From assembly GCF_009914755.1 (NCBI RefSeq), contig NC_060938.1: DNA of 64,000 nucleotides; one strand, given 5' to 3'. The translations under genes and the position numbers were made by a program. Below are positions 56,441 through 64,000 of this stretch, in pieces; the stretch's first letter is position 1, and the number at the start of each line of letters is the position of its first letter. The DNA is from the human T2T-CHM13v2.0 reference genome, Homo sapiens. Under the pieces are notes generated by a model. The model was not told the origin of the DNA. It did not search any database and saw only the letters and a program-made list of their open reading frames with translations.

Positions 56441-58609
56441 ATTAACAAGAGCCCAGGCTCCTGCCTCACCAGATTTACCTTCAAGCTGGATGAGATAATG
56501 ACAGACAAGTCAAGAATTAAATGAACTTGGCACTTTCTGAGAGTAATAAGTACTGAAATATTAAACCAGAATGGTAGATAGAGAGTGAGGAGGAGGGGGC
56601 TGCTTTGGATAGGATGTCAGAGAATCACTCTGCAATGTCCCTAACCCAGGAGAGGGAGAGTCGGGTAGGGGGAACACCTAGCTTTTGTTTGAACATTACT
56701 AACAACAGGAACTCCACTACCTCCAAAGGCCAGCTCAGTGTCTTAAAAAGGTCTTCCCCGGACTGAGCCAAAATCTGCCTCCCTGTGACTTCAAACTTCA
56801 GTAACTCATTCTCTGAGCATCACAAAAACCAGTCAGCTAATAAGTAGCATGTTCAAATGCAAAGCACATCCTAAATTAAGACAGTTGCTGCAATGCTTCA
56901 ATTTGAAATAGCGTGTTTGGGAAAATACGACATACCAGGAGAATGACTTACATGTTCACATTCAGCCTGCAGTTCATAAAAGTGTTTAAAACCACCACTT
57001 CAAAGGATGTTCCGACAGCCAGCTTCTAGAGTCCCAAACCCGTCTGTGTGAGTCACCTGACATCAGTGACAGGACATACCAACTCCCTTCCGTCTGTAAC
57101 TCTAGTTGGGGTTTTATAGCAACAACACTGCCAGTTCCGTTGCCCTGTCATTCGGCATGGCAAAGGAAATTTGGCTCTGTGCATTTTGCTTTCTAAGATA
57201 TTCATGGAATCATGAAACAAACTACTCTTTGGCTCCCACCCTCTATCTCACAGAGAAGAAAATGGAAGCCTGGAAATAGAAAGTGACCATCAAGTTTCAT
57301 CAGCAAGCAATGGCCAGGGTAGGACTTGTTCCCTTCAGCCTCCAAACTGGTGGCAGCTGCAACAATGCGTAAGCCCCAGGTTTGCTTGTATGTGGGGATG
57401 GACTTCTAAGCCTCCAGAGATAGTTAGTGCATACTTATGAAGAGAAAACCCAGCTCCCTAACTCCCTTTCATGTGAACCTGCACTCCAGCGATCTCCCCA
57501 GAAGGTCCCCAGCACCATACGCTGCTGAAGGGGTTTCCATTCAAGTGTGGGCACATTGTTTGGGTTGCAGGTGTCATCCGTTGTGTGGGAAGATGCAGCT
57601 CCTGCTCCAAACCAACCCAAAAGCTACAGGATACACAGAGAGAAGCAGGGGTTAGGGACAACACCAAAGTTGGCACTATTTCAGCTTTTACCCAAGTCTA
57701 ATAGTCTGACTGAACCAACTGCCTGGCTGCTCCTAATGCCTCAGAGCCCTCTAGGCTGGCCCAGTAAAATGGTTAGCAACAAAGGAAGAAAAACTGTTTA
57801 GGAGACAGGCCTTCCTGAGCCAATGAAGGAAGCCTCAGAGCCCTGCCCTCCTTCCCCCAGCTTGAGGCAGCTGGGGGAGGATCTGAGCGCTGGCTGTGCT
57901 GATCTGGCCGTGCCTCCTTCCTCCTCCCTTGCTGGCTTCTGCTGCTGGCTGGAGCTCTGAGAATCTACCATTTTTCCCCCTCTGAGCCCTGCAATCGCAG
58001 GAATAAATGACTTCCTTGAATGGAGAGGAACTGCTAGAATGCAGTTTAATCATAATGGACAGTATCTCTCAGAAAACAAGGCACCAAAAGAGGGAACACC
58101 AATGCCAGCAACCATGCTGGTGCCTTCTACAGCCAGCCCCAAGGTCACAAGTTTCAAGCAGACTATAAAGCTGCTAACTGATTAGAAAATAATCAGCTTA
58201 GCCCTTAGCAGCCTCCCTCCTGATCACACATCATGCAAGACAACACCCCTGTGAGTGATAAAATATGGTTTCCTCCACCCCAACCAGGCAGCAGCACCAC
58301 TGAGACCAGGCGTGGCTTCAAAGCCACTGCTGCACCCAAAGGTGAGCCCAGCGCAGTTGCCAACACCACGTTGCACCTCAGCATTTCCGTTTGTAAAGGA
58401 GGCAGAAAGTGAGCCCAACCTCTGCTCACTACCCCAGGCCCCTGGGCTGCAGAGAGGGTGACCACATGTGATGGAGACATCTCAGGAAAGGACGGGCTGA
58501 GAGGAGAAATTCTCCTCCATGACTATGGGTCCCCAGGGGAGGGTGAACATCGGAACCTGGACCTGTTAAGTGGCCCATGCCATTTGACATCTGCCTCCTT
58601 TTAAAAGTG

Positions 58610-58840
58610 GAGGCTGAGAGCCTGGGTGTTGCAGCCCAACAGACCTGGGTCCCGGCTCAGTGGTATACAGCTGTGCAATTGGGAATAGCGAGTTCTCCCT
58701 GAGCCTGACCTTCCCCATCTGTAAAATGGGGCTAATGATAGCACTGACTCGCAGGTACTATCAAACGTAACCATGTGACGGAGGCCCAGCCCCCAGTGTG
58801 CATGGTAAGTCTTCACAAATGCTGGTTCATGTTATTATTT
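58610..58840 (+). mobile_element. MIR
   Basis: TTCCCCATCTGTAAAATGGGGCTAATGATAGCAC. Confidence 0.75.
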
Positions 58841-60224
58841 TTACTATATAAATTCAAGAGAACCACCTATAACGCACACACCATATGTGAGTTTGAGGCA
58901 GAAAATCGAGAGAGTGAGCCAAGGTGGCAAAGCACCACGTTTTGATACTCAAACATCTTTAGAGAAGGGCTCTGTCATTCTGAGGACTGCAAGCTGCTCC
59001 CACACTCGCAATATGACCTTTGTCTAGGGTCTTATCATTTCCAGAGCTCCTTCCTCTCCATTTCATCTGATCCTCACCACAGCCCTATAATGTGGGCAGG
59101 GTGAGTATGCTTCCTGTACCCCATGCGTAGAGGAGAAAAACAAGTCTCAGAGAGGTTAAGCAACTTGCTCAAGATCAAACAGCTTGAAAGTGGCTGAGCA
59201 GGATCACAAATCCAGGGCCGCCTGACAGGGCTGGAATGAGAATAAAGCAAGTCAGAAGCCTAGCGTGTGCAACTTCGGGAGACACTCATTCGTAAGACCC
59301 TGAGAGTAAGTATCTCTTCAAATTTTGCCCTGCTGTCTGACCCCAAGCCTTGGGCCCTTCCTAGAGCACTGAGGCTGAGCCAATTGTGCAGACACTGCAC
59401 AGAGGAGGTCAGCCCAGCAAGAACTCACTCCCAGCTCCTTGGGGTGGCTGGATCTACTGGCTGAGCTGAACATCTTCCTGTGGAGCTCCAAGGACCACTT
59501 CCCAAAAAAGTAGAATGGAACAGAGGGTGGAAGTGGTGCTGCGACAGCCATGTAAGGCTTCCATGCACCCTTGAGTTTGAGGGCCAGTAAAGAGGGGCTG
59601 GGCCAGGCAGCCCTTCCCCAAGGCCCCTCTAAGCCCTTATCAGCCCAGGGGAGGGATAGGCCAGGACAGGCAGGCAAGCAGCCCACAGGGGTGGCTCCCA
59701 GGACAGTGGCTTCTGGATGCTGGCCCACCAGACAGTCAAGGCTCTCCACTCTCCGGCCGCTCAGAGCCCAGCTAGCCCCCAACTCGGCCTCCCTTTACCT
59801 CCCACAGGGCGTAGGAGGTACTGACTAGCAAGGAGGCTTATTTTAAATCTGCAAAAAGAAAAACTTTTCTAATGCAGATGATTACACTTACTAATTAGTC
59901 AACTTCGTTGTGCCTGGGTTACTGCAAATTTAGCTTTCCTGCAGAAACAGCACCTGTTCACTGAGGGACAGTATTAGGTAGTAGGAAACTGTGCAAGCTT
60001 GAGAGCCATTGGGGTGGGATTCAAGCCCCACATCCCCTGGGCAAGTCACTCACCTGCTCTGAGACCATTCCCTCCTTCTATAAAAGGGGACTAGAACAGT
60101 ACCTGCATCATCCAGTTGTTGCTATTACAAAGACCAGCCACAATTTATTAAGTGCCTATAATGGGCCAGGTACTGAATTTCTTTTTCTTTTCCTTACATG
60201 TATTAACACTCACGACAACTGTAT

Positions 60225-60530
60225 AGGTTTGTCTTTTTGAAGTATAACTTACAGTGAAGTGCTCAAATCTTCAGTGCACAGGTCAATGAACTTTTACATG
60301 TATTCTCTATCCTCTAATCAAATATCAATTATCATAGATCACTGTTGCCTGTTTATGAACTTCATACAAATGGGCTCATGCAATATGTGCTCTGTTGTGG
60401 CTGGTTTCTTTCATTCAACTTTGTTTTAGCAATTCTTCCACATTGTTGTGTACCAGTTATTTGTTCTTTTATATAGCTGCATAGTATTCCATGATGTGAC
60501 AATCCCACAGTTTGTTTATCCATTGACCTA
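60225..60530 (-). mobile_element. Old L1M (L1ME/MC-like) fragment
   Basis: TTTTGAAGTATAACTTACAGTGAAGTGCTCAAATCTT...GCTGCATAGTATTCCATGATGTGA..CCACAGTTTGTTTATCCATT. Confidence 0.75.
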
Positions 60531-62989
60531 GGTGTCATTATCATCATCATTATCACCATCATCCTATTTTACAAATGAGGAAACTGGGATCTGAACTTCT
60601 TACTAAGTGTTTAGCTTGAAGTCACAGAGTGACCTTGAGGCCAAACAGGGACTTGAACCCAGGTCCCTGTAACTCCAAAACCAGCTCCTTACCACGGACA
60701 ATAGAGCCTCCCATAGCTCTGGAATACTGGGATTGGCGGAAATGAATGCTGACCTGTGTGGTCATGAGCTCCTTCTCCCTGAGGTACATTTGGAGTCAGG
60801 GGGAAGCTACCTGCCTGGCTCCAGGTGCTGAAAAAATTGCCTTAGTTTTGGCGATTGCCCATATTTATTTTCATTGCAACCCAAGCTGATAGCACAGGTA
60901 CAGTCATCACTCACAGCCCTGTACTTTGAGACCTGGGCTTTGCCAACATTTCAGAACAACTGCAAACAGCTTCAATGTGGAGGAGGCATCCTTGTCCACT
61001 GACCAGCAGCTGGCTCTTATGGGCAGCCCCTGCCCTGGCTCCTCAGAGTCTGGTTTTCTATGATGGTAACTCAGCTGTAACCATCTGGGACTCCCACAGA
61101 AAGCATTGTAGGCCAGGTTTCTCAACACCAGCCTTACCTATCAAGAGGTGAGACCCCCAGTGCTGACCTTATTCAAGAAAAGGCTGAGATTTTGCCTTGC
61201 TTTCCAACCTTCAGAATCTCTGCCTTCTGCCCAGCAGGCAAGTGGCAGGCCTTAGAAGGGCCACCTGCAAGGCAGCAAGGGGGTGACCAGGGGCCTGGCT
61301 AACCTCCCCACCTCCTCCCCCTCTGAACTCAGGTAGCCTCCAGTCAGTCCACCCAGACATGATTAAATGGTTGGCTACACACAGGGGTGGAAGACCCCGG
61401 GGGAAGAAGGGCATGGAGCCAACTCCCTGAGGCAGCCCTAGGGCACCCTTTGGTCTGTTGATCATTAACAGAAGCCACCTCATGGCAGGCAGAGAAGGGG
61501 AAAGTCCAAGGGGATGGCCTACCCCCTCCTCCCAGACTCCGTCCTCCAAATGTGCCAATGCAGGGCCTCATGGGAGGTGAGGTCATGGCACTCAACGGAG
61601 GGGGTGTGTGCAGAATCATCTAATCCAACTCGTTGCCTCCTGTGTTTATGCAGAATCTCCACAAAAGGCCAAGGGAGAGGGCAACTAACACTGATTGATT
61701 TGCAGTTACTGTGTGCCAGGGACTGCTCCAGTGTCCCAGCCTACAACACTCTAGCATAGTGATGGAGGTCGCCTGCCTGGGTTCAAATCCTGACACCGAC
61801 TCCCTGTATGACAAATTAGTGAATTTCTCTGCACCCCAATTTCTCCATCTATACAAAAGGAACAGTATAGAGCTTCCTCCGTGGGGTCATTATGATCATT
61901 CAATGAGTTAACACACAGGAAATTCTTAGAGGACTACCTGGCACTTACAAAGAGCTGTCATGACTAATGGCTCGCTTGATCTCATAGTAACTCCTTGAGA
62001 TACAGCTGAAAAATCCAAGGTTGAGTCATTTATCCAAAGCACAAGCTGGTAGAAGGGGAGCTGGGATTTGAACCCTGGTCCAAGGGCTCCATTCAACACC
62101 CCTTCTTCCTTCACGCCCTGGATCCTTCCCCTGCCATGACCCCTGCCTCTTCGGTAACCAGTGCTTCGTGATCCAGTTGACTGTAAAACCCATCTTCAGA
62201 CTAACCCACAATCTCAGTTGGCCCTCAAAGCCCTCCTTTCATGAGTGTCACTGAACCATAGCCTTCCTCCTGAGAATGAGGCCTCCAGGCCAGGAAAGGC
62301 ATTGCTCGGTGGCCAAAATAGCTCATTTCTTTGAGCTGCTCCAAGAGAAGATCTTCATCCAACAGCCAGAGAGTGGGTTGCAGGGCCAGTAGCCACAGAG
62401 GCCCCACCCATCCATGGCAGACCTGGTGCAGGCCCCTAAACCCAGCCTTCAAGACACCCTGGCCTCCAGGGTAAGGGGTGGAGAAGAAGGCTTTGTGCCC
62501 CAGGATTGGCCTGGCCTTTCCTGACCCACTTCCCTCGTGAAAGCCTTCCCTTCAACTCCCTCAGCATAGTTCCTATCCTTCCTAGCTGCAGAGGAGCTCA
62601 GAGATAGGGGTTTCTTGCCAGTTCTGGGCTCACACTTCCCTGGCCTCCCTGCCAGACTACAGCACAGGGCTGCTGCTGAGGCCCCTTCTTCTAACATCCT
62701 GGAGAAATAATGGGCCTGAAATATTCTGCTGTTCCCTTTCCCAAGGGCCATCTCCTCTAACTTTAAGGACTCAATGGGACACAACCAGGCTCTTGTGGCC
62801 ACCACACATGGGCCTGGGTTACCTAAATCCCAGCCTGAGTGAGTTCCCCAGGGAGACACTTAGGTAGAGGTAAAGGGTTAAGACCCGGGGACATGGAGCT
62901 TCCCCACATGATAAGGAGTCTCCCCTGGGCTTTACAGCCAACCCCCACCCTCCAGGGCCTCCAGTAGTCAATGTCTCTATCTTGGTTAG

Positions 62990-63930
62990 ACAAAGTCAAA
63001 GGACTGACTCAGTCAAAGGACTGTCTCCTCTAGAGGAAATTCAGGGCTGGCCAGGAGGTACGCCTGGGCCTCTAGGAACCTAACCAGCGTCACCATGAGA
63101 GGGGAAGTTAGAAAGGTGTCTGCCACATGCTCAGGTATGCCTGCAGGGAATGAGCTCAAGGTGAATGATTAAATGTCTTTTTTGCTTTTACTCCGAAAGG
63201 AAGATCACATGCCACCACCAACCACCACCACCACCACCTCCACACACACACAAAGTTCATTTCCTCCTTAAGGGACAAGAGGCCTAGGTTTACTCCAGTC
63301 CTAAGAAGGGCTGCTTTTCCCCTTCCTAAACCACCAGCCCCTGCCCTGGAACAGGTAATAGTCCCTATTTTTCTACCTCACCCCCTGACCCCCAGTAGAT
63401 ATCTGATGACCAGGGAAATGAGTTGAGAGTAGAGGTAGGTCTTCGAGTCTCAGGGACATCCCTGGCCTGCCCAATGTCTGCTGCAGACCTTCGGAAGAGG
63501 CCTGGTGGAATCATGGTGACTCAGCTGAACTCCCAAAACTTCCTGGGTGTAAAGGAACCAAAGGCAAGTGAGCTGCAAATAGCAATCTCTGCCTCTCCCC
63601 AAATAAATCCTCCCAAGGCTCACACTCAAGATTTGTGAAAGTTCCAACTCCTCCGGCGGGTGAAATGCCACCTCTTAAGTGGTCATCTAGCCTTGGTGGG
63701 GGTGCATCTAGCCAAGGAGACCCCACCTTTCCCAAGATGACGACATACCTAATTTTGCATAGCACCTGAGATTGTAACTAAGGTGGTGGGAACCCTTGGT
63801 GACTTGCTGTGTTGTGTTGGCCAGTGTTAACACTCACTTCCCCTTAACAGCCCTCCAAACCCAAAAGGCTATGTCAAATCCAGTCCCAGTTCCCAGTTCC
63901 TTGTGACTGAGCCCCTCACCCCGCTGGACA
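62990..63930. promoter_or_regulatory. Candidate AP-1/ARE enhancer
   Basis: TGACTCA at 63005 and 63517; TGACnnnGC at 63517-63525 and 63904-63912; no recognised repeat in the interval. Confidence 0.35.
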
Positions 63931-64000
63931 TTCCTCTCCAAGCAGGCAGTGCTTCCTTATACCCTCCCCACACGGGTAGGTGTTGAGAGGCCAGTACTGA

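Overview
Primate, almost certainly human, non-coding genomic DNA. It contains about 27 Alu/FLAM copies (J, S and one Y), many MIR and L2 relics, old L1M fragments, MaLR/ERVL solo LTRs (THE1, MLT1, LTR16), DNA-transposon fossils (MER53, MER46C, MADE1, MER5, MER63, MER96), a U6 snRNA retrocopy, a 5 x 31-bp minisatellite and several STRs. There is no CpG island and no convincing multi-exon coding gene; the long ORFs examined derive from repeats or look like chance ORFs. The one gene-like element is a candidate + strand terminal exon at 6675-~7092 (acceptor, 35-codon phase-1 frame, AATAAA). From memory, not from a search, this layout fits human 14q24.1: far 3' end of RAD51B, then RNU6-921P, then about 57 kb of intergenic DNA ending just short of the 3' end of ZFP36L1. 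Treat that placement as a hypothesis. The non-repeat DNA looks enhancer-rich, with AP-1 sites concentrated in the right third, a GATA/KLF cluster, an RBPJ/Ikaros cluster and ARE cores. I found no demonstrably new biological system. The most unexplained structure is an ungapped 96-bp, 86%-identical duplicated element at 32527-32622 and 34098-34193. Repeat family names come from recalled consensus sequences, and boundaries of old repeats are approximate.
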